Part shown: piece after piece, positions 8,834-19,085 of the stretch
Layout: each line of letters opens with the position of its first letter
Numbering within the stretch: position 1 is the first letter of the stretch
Virus record (IMG/VR): IMGVR_UViG_3300009180_000025
Length of the DNA: 61,519 bases
Direction: 5' to 3' (one strand)
Origin: an uncultured virus (IMG/VR IMGVR_UViG_3300009180_000025)
Taxonomy: Duplodnaviria; Heunggongvirae; Uroviricota; Caudoviricetes
Translations under genes and position numbers: made by a program
Notes under the pieces: model-generated
Seen by the model: the letters and a program-made list of their open reading frames with translations, nothing else
What the model was told of the DNA's origin: nothing
Databases searched by the model: none

Positions 8834-11800
8834 CCTGAAGCGCAATGGCCCTAATGTCGTTAATCATCGGGATCCTAACTGCGTTAGAAGAAAGTAACAC
8901 GATTTTCATTGAAAAGACTTTGAAGCTTGAGAACTTAGATCCAGCTGCGTTAACATAAGATAAGATACTACTATTTGTAGCGTCAAGATAGGCGTCATTA
9001 GTATTTACAATTGCAGCCGGGACTCCAAATTCATATTCGTAGAAGTTTGTCCTATCGGTTGGGCTGCTATATACCAAGTCACCATCATTGAGATACGAAA
9101 GTAAAGTCCAATTCTTGATATCAAAAGTCTCAGGGTCAGAAGGATTCCAAAACTTTCCATAAACATAAAAATCTGTATCAACTGGGCGATAAGCTGTGAT
9201 CGAAACCTTCAAGTCTTCAGCTTCTTGTCCGTCTGCTAAAACAATTTTCTTTGAAACGTACTTTGTAGTAGCGTTTCCATATCTAGTGTACTCATTCGTA
9301 GCATCATTATTGATTATATTCTTGACGAATATAGAAGACTTTCTACCAAGACCAATAGCTGGCGAAGCATAAGAAGTTGAAGTATTAAGAGCTATTCTAA
9401 ATGTAGAAGATTTTGCACTTGACATACTTGCTACTTCGTTTGATTTACTGACCGCGTATCTAGATTTGTCTAGATATTCAAACTCAGTTTCACCAACCAG
9501 CTTTTGGTAAGATGTATCTTTTGCGTAAGACCCATCAGTTCCTTTGAAATCATAGGATATATCCGTAAGAATAGGTTGGATTGTAGCAAACTTAGGAACC
9601 ACCGCATGATACATCAAATTATCAACAGTACTAATAGTCGCATTAGCGATTAAGTAAGTGTTGGTAATATAGGCAGTATTAGAAGGATTTGGTGTTCTAT
9701 ACACGTTAATATTATTTGCTGCAAAGAATTTACCATTAGTTGATCCATCTAGATATAATACACCATTTGCTTCATCTGCATATTGAACTCTACCAAAAGC
9801 AGCATTTGCTGCGGTGTTTGGTCCACCAGTTGAATTTGCACTATACACTAAGTCTCCAACTTCAATAGATAAGGACGAATTAGCTCTTGTGAAGCCGGCT
9901 GTTGTAATGTATTCATCATTTTCATTATCGAAGTAAGCATAGTAGGTGCCAACTGAGAATGAAGCGCGATAGATGTTAAACTTAATATCTTCTTTTTGTA
10001 TAGCAGTCCATGCCGACATATTTGCTGAAACAAATAACACGCCAGAATATGGATTACTGAAAACGTTTTCGCTGGTGTTAACATCGACTCCGCCAGTTTC
10101 CGCGGTCCATATGAGCCATTCAGGTGAGTTACCATCTGGTTTCACAATGAAAGCATATTCTTTATCAGCAGTAAGCATAATCGGTTCATCAAGAGAAACC
10201 TGTGTTTCCACTGTTCCAGTAGTGCTAGTAGTTACGTTTGCGGAAAGGATACGTCCCTGACCAATAATTGCGCCACCATTTGGATATCCATTATCAGTTT
10301 CTGTGATGTATACTGTAATGCCATTATTTGCGTTATTGTCTTTTGCGTAAAAGTATACGCCAACTTTTGTTACATACACGCCAGATGAACCATCTTCTGG
10401 ACGCGTGATTTTGAACGTCTGAGCAATAGGATCAGAATTCTCTTGACGATCTTGGCGAGTACTACTTTGAACCGATACTGATGTTAAAGTCTGTACCTGA
10501 GTATTAGAAGAAGAACTTATCTGTGGTTGGGTAAGATTAAGCGTAGTTCCCTGCTTAGTCACAGACATACTTGAACCACTATATGTTCCAGTAGCCGAAG
10601 TGATGATAGCATCAGCACCAGTTACCAAATCACTTACGTTAACGATTCTAAGGACCCTGTCTCCAGTTCTAAACAAACCTTCAGGAATCTTGAATAGACC
10701 ATATAGTTTTCCATCGGAAGATGAAACCAGAGCAGTTCCGTATGCTGCGCTTTGTGTGACTATTTCATTTTCTTTGCCCTGAGAAAATGTTGTACCTGCG
10801 TTTAAAGTTCCAGGCGCGCAATACGCGTCAACACTCTTCCCATCAAAGAAGACGTGCATAGTTGTATTGGGTTTAAGATTTGTAGCAGTAAAGGCTACGA
10901 TTCTACTGCGAAGATACGGGTTAATCGAGAAGTCAGATACGTAATTTCCAAGTTCAACTTTTTCATTTACTGTATCAACTTTGATAGCAAGCACAGTTCT
11001 TTGCTGAGTAGTCTGAGTTATAGTTGTAGCTGTAGTAGTAGTAGAATTATCATTTCTAGTAACATCACGCGTTGTAGATGATGAAGAACCTGTAGTTCTC
11101 CAATCACCGTAATTGGTTCCGAAAGGTGAGTTCGCAAAGTCTTTCCATGGCGCAGAATTATCGATGTTAACGTTAATGTTATTTGCTTGTTTCTCATCGC
11201 GGAAGAAGTCGTAAGATGGGAACAGTTCTACTTTGCCATTCCATTGCCAGACTGATTCTGTGCAATTCCTATATTTCGTAGCGTAAGGCTGGCGAATATA
11301 TTGAACATGCGTGAATGGGGAAGTAATGGTGCTTCCGGTAGCAACTGTTGTTGAGTTACCAGAGTCGTACTTAAAGTCTACTGGATAAGCGTTATAGAAA
11401 GGACGGAGAACTGTTGCTTCGGCGTCTATTGACGCTTTAAACTCTATGTTCGTTACGTCAGCGCTATTGAATGAGTTAAATGGATCAGCAAAGATTCCAT
11501 TCTTAAACCTATTCAGTGCTGGATTACTTGCAGAAGGAATGTTCATGTCTTTAGCTTGTTGCTCAAGAGCATTGAGAACCACATAATACTCAAGACGCTT
11601 GATGCGATCATCAAACTTAGTAAGATCTTTCATCGTATAGCGTTTTGTTGTTTTAACCGAGATCCTCATTGAAAGATCTTTGCGCTTATAAGTCTCGGCT
11701 TCTTTAACAGTCAATGACGGATAAGGAGGGACAAAGACTTCAGCAATTGGCATAACATCGTTTTCGATGTATGGTACTTTAGGAATGACTGCTGATTGAC

Positions 11801-14594
11801 CATTCTTTGCGATGACCTTTCCTGCAACGTCCATTGTAACAATGTCATAGCGTGGAAGATAATACTCAAAGTCTCCAGTGAATGTGGAATCTGGTTCAGC
11901 AATGTATTGGTTTGTCGAAGTAATATTGAAAGAAGTATTTGATGCAACTGGGTTAACAGTTGCCGAACCAATAGTAGTGGTTACAGTCGCGGTGTTATAT
12001 TTTACTGGGCGGAAGTCGATTGCATTCCTAAGATCAACATATCCTTTATTTGATTGGAATGTTGGAATTTGTGCAGTCGTAATAGCGGTAGTATTAGACG
12101 TATTAGCATCGTCAATAGGATATGAGTCGACCGTAAAGAATCCCACGCCCGCTGAAGTATTCGCAACAAAGTGATCAAGCTCGATAAGCATCTTTGATGA
12201 GCCAGTGATTTTTCCCAAGTACTGAGGCTTAAGAGAAATTTGAGCGTGATCGTATAAATCGTCACGCTGTCCATTATCAATTGAGAACCAGTCTTTACCA
12301 TCAGTATTCGTGTTTGCGTAAGTCGTGCCAACGTAGATTTTCTTAATATTGAAAACATCCGTTAGACCAAGATCCCATGGCCCCACTGAAGTAGCTGCGT
12401 TGTTAGAGCAATCAATCTTAACGAAGGTTCCTTCATTAACATCTTTCTTAACCTGGACTGCTGTTGACTTAGTAACGGGATAAGAACCATAAACTGTTAG
12501 CGAACTATTAAGAGTCAAACCCGTATTGATATTAAATGAGATCCCACCGGCAATCGCGTTAATTGACGTTATATTAAAATGGTGACCTTCTGGATAGTAA
12601 TGTGCTACGTTATAAGTAGCATAAGTAGCTCCTGGTATACTAACCAAGTTCATGAATGTATTATTTGTAGTTTTGTTAACCTGATAATACACAGTCGCAG
12701 TAGAATTAGCAACTCTAAGCAATTCGCCATTAGCGATTGCTGTAGTGAAAGATGTAGATGTTCCGGTTACGTTTACGCTACCTGAAGTGATGGACACGGA
12801 ACCAGCGATGTTAGATGAATACGCGGCAGCTCCTGTAACAATATTGAACTTGTTGAGAATAGAAGACGAAGTATAGTTGCCTACGGAGATTCCCAGTCTT
12901 TCGGTGCCGCCAGTTGCTGCAGTATCGAGGCTGAAGATAGCCGAACCATTCGAGGCCATCGTCGTCGAACTAATCTGACGGAAGGTGAATGAAGAATCTG
13001 TAGAAGCCGCGCCATTAACTACGAGAGTTTTTACGGCACCAAAGCCAGTTGGAAACACTGATGCTGCAAAGGTCGAGTCTTTAAGAATTGCAACGTTGGA
13101 TTCAAGCACGGCGTCCGCTTTAGCGTAACCACTGCCAGCCGTAGTTTGATAGAAACTCTTGACATCAGTCGCAAAACTCTTTCCAGAGCTCATGCGAATA
13201 TTGAAGATGTATAAAGCGTATTGAGTATTATAGAATCCTTTAGTTCCGTCGAAGTGCTGCATCCCGCGAATATTGGCGTAACCAACAACAGATCCCGATG
13301 GACCTGTACTAGCTAATTCAATATCTGAAAGAGAGTTTTGAGCAGTATCATAGAGTGTAACTTGAGAAAGAGTTTCGTTATTAAAAACACCTTCAACTTC
13401 GTCAACTACAACATAGTTACCCATGTTACAAGTAACGCCAATGTTATTCTCAATGTTTGTATTGACAGCACGTGGAGAGTTTACAAAGACGTCGGAGATC
13501 TTTTCGACCGGATAACCTTTAACGTATGCAAGACCAGGAGACAATCTATAATAAAAAGCTGAACTATTAGCTGTGTCCGCTTCAGAGTCAACAAAGAATG
13601 GACGAACAACATAGTCACCTGACTCATCATAAGTTCTTTGCGCCATAGAATCTAAAAGCTTAGCAGTTGGATCTGTTCCGGCTTTCTGAGTTATAGTATT
13701 TGCGTTTTCAAACTCGGCTATTGCAAAGAAGTTATTTGAAACCTCGGTGCGCAGTTTTGCAACCAGAGTAGGCGTCAGTTTAAGACGGTGCGCGCCGGGA
13801 GCGTTATAGTTTGGTGATCCGATCGCATTATCATAAAGAGAAGAATCTTGGTTTTCAGTCGTAATAGATTCAGTAGTTTCAAAGCCAACTACGTAATTAT
13901 TAACATTGCTATCATAGTCTCTAACTACGATGACCTGTGAATTGACCGTTAAAAAGAAACCTTTTTGATAGATGATGCCACTTCCAACCGACATACCATA
14001 ACCATAGCCCGTAGCATTAACGGTAGCGTTTGTTGTTATTGCTGTGATTGTATCAAGAAGATAACCGGCGTTCAGTGCAGCTGATTTAGTCTGAGTTGTA
14101 TTGTATACGTAAAGCGTGTCACCCGATTGGAACTCATTGATGTCATTATTTGAACCGTCTTTACCAGTCTGAACATAATTCAGATACCAGCGATTGGTGT
14201 CAGGATAGTTTGCCTTATATCCACGCTTTGAATAAGAGATGTAAGCTTTAACTGCTATTGTGCCATTCGCGCTATTAGTTATGAGATAATCATTATCATA
14301 TACTGTAACAACTTGAGACGTATTAGTCGTGAACGTATCATTTAATCTAATAAAAGGAAGCTTAGTCAATGGATTGGGTGCAACCCCATCAACGATCGAA
14401 CCATCTTTAAAACTATAATCGCCAAGTCTCGAAATCTGATTCTGAAGAATAGATTGAATCTGGTTCAACTCTCGCGCCTGTACGGCGGTAGACGGTCTAA
14501 ACAAGATCTTATAATATCTTTTTGACTCGCTAAAGTCATCAAGATAAGTCGTACTGATCGTCGTAGAGATGTTATTGCTAAGCTGCGTCGGCAT
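8829..14594 (-). CDS. Large VrlC-like (DUF4815-type) baseplate/virion structural protein
   Basis: YLDDF...YYKILFRPSTAVQARELNQIQSILQNQI, NYNAPGAHRLK, RYTMKDL..RIKRLEYY, RFKNGIFADPF and DPIAQTF. Confidence 0.85.
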   Translation of the reverse strand: MPTQLSNNISTTISTTYLDDFSESKRYYKILFRPSTAVQARELNQIQSILQNQISRLGDYSFKDGSIVDGVAPNPLTKLPFIRLNDTFTTNTSQVVTVYDNDYLITNSANGTIAVKAYISYSKRGYKANYPDTNRWYLNYVQTGKDGSNNDINEFQSGDTLYVYNTTQTKSAALNAGYLLDTITAITTNATVNATGYGYGMSVGSGIIYQKGFFLTVNSQVIVVRDYDSNVNNYVVGFETTESITTENQDSSLYDNAIGSPNYNAPGAHRLKLTPTLVAKLRTEVSNNFFAIAEFENANTITQKAGTDPTAKLLDSMAQRTYDESGDYVVRPFFVDSEADTANSSAFYYRLSPGLAYVKGYPVEKISDVFVNSPRAVNTNIENNIGVTCNMGNYVVVDEVEGVFNNETLSQVTLYDTAQNSLSDIELASTGPSGSVVGYANIRGMQHFDGTKGFYNTQYALYIFNIRMSSGKSFATDVKSFYQTTAGSGYAKADAVLESNVAILKDSTFAASVFPTGFGAVKTLVVNGAASTDSSFTFRQISSTTMASNGSAIFSLDTAATGGTERLGISVGNYTSSSILNKFNIVTGAAAYSSNIAGSVSITSGSVNVTGTSTSFTTAIANGELLRVANSTATVYYQVNKTTNNTFMNLVSIPGATYATYNVAHYYPEGHHFNITSINAIAGGISFNINTGLTLNSSLTVYGSYPVTKSTAVQVKKDVNEGTFVKIDCSNNAATSVGPWDLGLTDVFNIKKIYVGTTYANTNTDGKDWFSIDNGQRDDLYDHAQISLKPQYLGKITGSSKMLIELDHFVANTSAGVGFFTVDSYPIDDANTSNTTAITTAQIPTFQSNKGYVDLRNAIDFRPVKYNTATVTTTIGSATVNPVASNTSFNITSTNQYIAEPDSTFTGDFEYYLPRYDIVTMDVAGKVIAKNGQSAVIPKVPYIENDVMPIAEVFVPPYPSLTVKEAETYKRKDLSMRISVKTTKRYTMKDLTKFDDRIKRLEYYVVLNALEQQAKDMNIPSASNPALNRFKNGIFADPFNSFNSADVTNIEFKASIDAEATVLRPFYNAYPVDFKYDSGNSTTVATGSTITSPFTHVQYIRQPYATKYRNCTESVWQWNGKVELFPSYDFFRDEKQANNINVNIDNSAPWKDFANSPFGTNYGDWRTTGSSSSTTRDVTRNDNSTTTTATTITQTTQQRTVLAIKVDTVNEKVELGNYVSDFSINPYLRSRIVAFTATNLKPNTTMHVFFDGKSVDAYCAPGTLNAGTTFSQGKENEIVTQSAAYGTALVSSSDGKLYGLFKIPEGLFRTGDRVLRIVNVSDLVTGADAIITSATGTYSGSSMSVTKQGTTLNLTQPQISSSSNTQVQTLTSVSVQSSTRQDRQENSDPIAQTFKITRPEDGSSGVYVTKVGVYFYAKDNNANNGITVYITETDNGYPNGGAIIGQGRILSANVTTSTTGTVETQVSLDEPIMLTADKEYAFIVKPDGNSPEWLIWTAETGGVDVNTSENVFSNPYSGVLFVSANMSAWTAIQKEDIKFNIYRASFSVGTYYAYFDNENDEYITTAGFTRANSSLSIEVGDLVYSANSTGGPNTAANAAFGRVQYADEANGVLYLDGSTNGKFFAANNINVYRTPNPSNTAYITNTYLIANATISTVDNLMYHAVVPKFATIQPILTDISYDFKGTDGSYAKDTSYQKLVGETEFEYLDKSRYAVSKSNEVASMSSAKSSTFRIALNTSTSYASPAIGLGRKSSIFVKNIINNDATNEYTRYGNATTKYVSKKIVLADGQEAEDLKVSITAYRPVDTDFYVYGKFWNPSDPETFDIKNWTLLSYLNDGDLVYSSPTDRTNFYEYEFGVPAAIVNTNDAYLDATNSSILSYVNAAGSKFSSFKVFSMKIVLLSSNAVRIPMINDIRAIALQV

Positions 14595-14603
14595 CTTAAT
14601 TCC

Positions 14604-16403
14604 TTAGAGTGTAATTATCAGATAACCCTGTTCGTTCTCACTATCTGAACGCTGGATATACTCGATGTTGTCAAGGTGTAGAACCCTGAAAGAGAATGGT
14701 TCTATATCAGGATTATTTATACCGCTTGTATTGATGGTTGCTGATACACCAGAAGTTTGTCCAACAATAGTTTCACCAAAAGTACTATTGGCTATAAAGG
14801 TGCCTAGTGTAACTACGCCTTTTACTTTAGTAGTATTAGCAAATGCAACTGTGGCTTTTGCTCCAGACGTAGATCCAAGTATGACTTCATTGTTGGTAAA
14901 AGTGGTTAGACCAGTCGTGATCGTAAACGTAGTCAGTGCGTTAAAAGTATTAGTAGAGAACGTATTCGTAGTATATAGCCTGTGACCGGTTTCACTTGAA
15001 CCCGCAGTCAGGTTTGCTGATGTGCCATCCAGAGTTGTCGACAACTTTACCTTAGTAGTATTCGCTGAAGATATGTAGTAATACGTGTTGTTAGCTAAAC
15101 CGCTAATAGCATTGTTTCCAGTATCAGTAGTGTATAACACTCGATCGCCATAACTAAAATACGTATTTGCGTTGGTGATAGTTATGGCGTCATCTGTATT
15201 GGAAACTGCAGTTAAAGCGTTAAAGCTTATGTTTGCATAAGCTGGCTTAGTGTACTTTTTAGGAGTACTTACTAAACCACCTTGGCGAATGGTTACTTCG
15301 GTGGATATTGATCCACTTTCATTATTGTTGAAGAATACCGAGAAGCCAAGAAGTTTAGATCCGAGTTCAAAAACTGGATCAGAGCCGTGTCCTCCCGTAG
15401 GTGGAATGATTGCTCGAGCAGTTGCATTAGATCCATAAGATGGATTTGATATTATCTGAACATTTGCATACGAGTAATTGTTTCCAGCAGATATGACGTC
15501 TATAGAATTAATAGCATATGTAGTGGCGTTTACAGTTGCTATAGCTTTAGCGCCAGATCCATCGCCCGTGATTTTAATCTGTGGAGAGATTCTAAACTCA
15601 GAAGTTGCGTCAAGCACTGGACTAGTGATAGCGTCTTCAGTATAAACGTAATATCCGGAAGCGTTCACAACGTAATTAGAGATGTTTGTTAGTTGACCTT
15701 CGCCCGTGCCATTGATTATATAGAAAGCTGAAGAGTTGTAATAGAATGAGTCGACTGATAAAGAAGATGTAGATAATATCTTGAAGACTGTGTTTGATAT
15801 GACTTGAGATACAGATCCGGTTATGTATCCAGTATAACCCACGCCCGGATTAGTTAGAACCACAACATCGATGGATCCATTAACCGCTGAGGTGCTTACT
15901 GCAGTATTTGATTCTACTGGTATGTATAGACCCGTAGAGAACTTAGTGTTATTGCTCGAACTAACAGTATACATATACTTCCAAATGTATCCATCAGCAG
16001 TCTGAAAAACGCTGTTCTGGGTTAATGTTGGTTCAGAAGTTGATGGTGAACCGCTTTTGTTAAACAGACACTTGTATACTTTTTCGGAAGAATTTATTAC
16101 ATAAAAAGATTTAGTAAAAAGCGCGGTGTCAGTATCATCGTACTGTGCATACGTGTTTCCAGATCCCCAAAAGTATCTAGGAATCAAATTAATAACGTCT
16201 TCAGCTTTTACTCTTTTTCCGCCAACTGCTTGGCGCCTAAATTCATTGATAGCAGAAGTAGTATCATAAGCTGTGTCTGGATTGTTTTCATCCGCCCAAG
16301 GAGAGAACTTACCAATAACATAGTAATAGACGCCATTAGATATCTCTTGCTTTAAAGCGTCTGATATTTTTTCAGTAAAAAACTTAGTAGTTATATTAGA
16401 CAT
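14604..16403 (-). CDS. gp8: Baseplate wedge subunit, T4 gp8-like
   Basis: VYKCLFN, TADGYIWKYMY and IIPPTGGHGSDPVFELG. Confidence 0.85.
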   Translation of the reverse strand: MSNITTKFFTEKISDALKQEISNGVYYYVIGKFSPWADENNPDTAYDTTSAINEFRRQAVGGKRVKAEDVINLIPRYFWGSGNTYAQYDDTDTALFTKSFYVINSSEKVYKCLFNKSGSPSTSEPTLTQNSVFQTADGYIWKYMYTVSSSNNTKFSTGLYIPVESNTAVSTSAVNGSIDVVVLTNPGVGYTGYITGSVSQVISNTVFKILSTSSLSVDSFYYNSSAFYIINGTGEGQLTNISNYVVNASGYYVYTEDAITSPVLDATSEFRISPQIKITGDGSGAKAIATVNATTYAINSIDVISAGNNYSYANVQIISNPSYGSNATARAIIPPTGGHGSDPVFELGSKLLGFSVFFNNNESGSISTEVTIRQGGLVSTPKKYTKPAYANISFNALTAVSNTDDAITITNANTYFSYGDRVLYTTDTGNNAISGLANNTYYYISSANTTKVKLSTTLDGTSANLTAGSSETGHRLYTTNTFSTNTFNALTTFTITTGLTTFTNNEVILGSTSGAKATVAFANTTKVKGVVTLGTFIANSTFGETIVGQTSGVSATINTSGINNPDIEPFSFRVLHLDNIEYIQRSDSENEQGYLIITL

Positions 16404-19084
16404 TATGGGTAAGCCTGCGATCCATTAGCATAGTAAACTGTTATTGGTGCTGCCCAATACATGCTGGTTCCGTTTGAAGTAAGAACTTGTCCCGCTGTAC
16501 CAAATGCGGCATTAGCGATAAGTTGGGATCCATTCGCAATCCTCATGTTTCCAGTAACCGTGACGTTCGCTCCAGAGAAAATCAAGTTTCCTGAAAGAGT
16601 GCGCGAGTCTGTGTTTGCTACAAAGAAGTAACCATTAACACCTACTAAGTTAACAGCATTGTTAGCCGCAAAGGCTCCCCAATACATTGAAGTTCCATTG
16701 GAGATAAGCACTTGATCTTGAGTACCAAATCCGCCATTTGCAACAAGTACGTTACCATTAGAGAAGATTACGTTAGCTGTGTGAGTATGTACACCGGAAA
16801 TTGTATACGCGCCACTATTTTGTAAGTAGTTTGCCGCAGCAGTTCCACCCAAATAAGAAGCATTATTTGCTGAGATAGTAGCAATGTAAGTAGAATTAAC
16901 GTATACGCCAGAAGCATTAGCGACTATACCAGTATTTGGATTGATAAACGTTCCGGTAGTATTCGCAATAAGTCCTGAACCCGTATTAGCTACGAAGTAA
17001 GAGGCTGCGATACCTCCAAGGTTCGTTGCATTGTTAGCAGTATACGCGATTCCGGTATAGATCGTACCATTTACGACCGCGCCGCCTGAGAAGGTAATTT
17101 GACCAGCAATAGCAGTAGTGTTAACAGTTGAGTTACCGATGAACACAGTCGAAGTATTAACAACCGCATTAGAACCGATGTATAAAGAGTTACTAAAAGA
17201 TATATTCGCGCCAGTAAAGTATAAGTTACCAGAAAGAGTTCTAGAATCAGTGTTCTGTACAAAGTTTGCCGCCGCACTATTTCCGAGATACGAAGCGTTG
17301 TTTGCCGTTCCAGTAAATGAAGTGCTATTGATTGACGAAGTATTTGTACTATTGCTTGATAAGACTATTTGACCCGCGGATACGTTTGCATACTGAGTTG
17401 AGTTACCAACAAAGTGTGCTGTAGCATTAATGTATACGTTTGCGCCCGCAGCCACGGCTGAGGTATTAACTGTTACACCCGTTGTAGTGAATGAGTTTGC
17501 GTTTGCTGTAGCTGTGTGGTACATACCGGAAGTATTGGCAATGAAGTTTGTACCGACCGTAATAAGTGCAGAATTAACACTAGTAGAAAGGTTAGCAGTC
17601 ACGCCAGTAATGCTTCCAGTCACATTCAAATTCGAAGTTATCGAGGTGTTTGTACCAGCCAGAGTGGTGTTAGAAGCAAAAGCAGTATTTGTGGTGTTAA
17701 CATAAAGGTTCGCACCAGAGAAACTTGAGTTAACAGTCTTAACAGCAGAAGTTGAATTAACTGTAAAGAAGGATCCAATGTTTGCTGAGGTAGCCGCATA
17801 GAGTGTAGCAGTATTAACTTGCCCTGTAATGTTTACTGCGGCCGCATTGACGAGTGTAGCGTTTGCTGTAAAGGTTGCACCAACAGTATATGAAGCAGCA
17901 TTAACAGTTCCTGTAGCATATATGCCAGAGTTGTTTGCTATTATTGCGCCATTAACCGAGATTGTTCCAGCTTGAATGTTTGTGTTTACTGTTGAGTTAC
18001 CTACAAAAAAGTTTGTAGTATTCATATAAACGTTCGCACCAACATACATGGCCGACGATGCGTTTGCGGTGCCAGTGATAGTAGCTCCAGCCGAACCAGT
18101 AATTAAACCCGAAGAGTTTATAGTATTAGCATTTATGATCCAGCGCTGAGTAGAAGATCCAAGAGCAGTTCCAATTGTGTTCGATTCAGGATAGAAACCA
18201 GAAGTATTAGATACGTTATTACCTATTTGAACTGCGATAGACGTAATTACGGTGTTGACTGTCGTATTACCAACAGTAAGCGACATAGTACCAGCTCTAG
18301 TATTACCGATGTTAACGTTAGAACCAGCATCAATTCGCATTGCTTCGCTATTAGCAAGTGTGCCATTTGAAAAGAATTTAATAGCGGCTACGCCGGCAAC
18401 ACCAATCGCTAGGTTAGAAGCACCAGTATAAAGGTAACCTTCATTTGGACCCGTTATAGTAAACAAAGCGTTAGAAAAAGTTGTACTATCTATGCCGATG
18501 TCGATGAAAGTGTTAGAACTTATACCAGTATCATTATACAGTGCTAAGTCTGATGAAGCATTAGTACCAGTGTTACTGTTATTGATGTAAACTTGGAAAT
18601 AGTTATTAACGTTTCCTATAAAGCTACCACCGGAAAGAGTAGTACTACTGAATCCAAAGATGGCATTAACAGTCGAGTTTCCGATGCTTAATGGGTGAGT
18701 TAACGTCATGTTATTCGAAGAGTTATCATATTGGAAGATAACACTCGCGCCTTCTATAGTAATACCACCGGTATTTGCTTGTGAACCGTTGGCCGATCCT
18801 TTAGCCAATACAATGTTCTTATCTGCAATGTCAAGAACACTAGTATTAACGTAAAGAGTTGTACCCGAAACCGTAAGGTTACCCGTAAATATTGCATCGA
18901 CAAACTGAACACTATCAGATGTTCGAACGTTTTGGTTCATCCTGTATGGAAGCCTGGCCTCAGGAAGTGTTCCGGCGTTTGCAGTAGATACGTTAGCCGC
19001 ATCGATCGCAGTCTGCGCGAACTTAGCGTTTAAGTCTACAGCAGTAAGAATCTGACCTGCTGAAAATGTATAAGTCGATGGCAT
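16403..19084 (-). CDS. Tail/baseplate fibre protein, Asn/Thr/Ser-rich
   Basis: GNLTVSGTT..VNT..DIADKNIVL fibre motif, NTDSRTLSGNL repeats, GQVLTSNGT and C-terminal VYYANGSQAYP. Confidence 0.8.
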   Translation of the reverse strand: MPSTYTFSAGQILTAVDLNAKFAQTAIDAANVSTANAGTLPEARLPYRMNQNVRTSDSVQFVDAIFTGNLTVSGTTLYVNTSVLDIADKNIVLAKGSANGSQANTGGITIEGASVIFQYDNSSNNMTLTHPLSIGNSTVNAIFGFSSTTLSGGSFIGNVNNYFQVYINNSNTGTNASSDLALYNDTGISSNTFIDIGIDSTTFSNALFTITGPNEGYLYTGASNLAIGVAGVAAIKFFSNGTLANSEAMRIDAGSNVNIGNTRAGTMSLTVGNTTVNTVITSIAVQIGNNVSNTSGFYPESNTIGTALGSSTQRWIINANTINSSGLITGSAGATITGTANASSAMYVGANVYMNTTNFFVGNSTVNTNIQAGTISVNGAIIANNSGIYATGTVNAASYTVGATFTANATLVNAAAVNITGQVNTATLYAATSANIGSFFTVNSTSAVKTVNSSFSGANLYVNTTNTAFASNTTLAGTNTSITSNLNVTGSITGVTANLSTSVNSALITVGTNFIANTSGMYHTATANANSFTTTGVTVNTSAVAAGANVYINATAHFVGNSTQYANVSAGQIVLSSNSTNTSSINSTSFTGTANNASYLGNSAAANFVQNTDSRTLSGNLYFTGANISFSNSLYIGSNAVVNTSTVFIGNSTVNTTAIAGQITFSGGAVVNGTIYTGIAYTANNATNLGGIAASYFVANTGSGLIANTTGTFINPNTGIVANASGVYVNSTYIATISANNASYLGGTAAANYLQNSGAYTISGVHTHTANVIFSNGNVLVANGGFGTQDQVLISNGTSMYWGAFAANNAVNLVGVNGYFFVANTDSRTLSGNLIFSGANVTVTGNMRIANGSQLIANAAFGTAGQVLTSNGTSMYWAAPITVYYANGSQAYP

Positions 19085-19085
19085 A

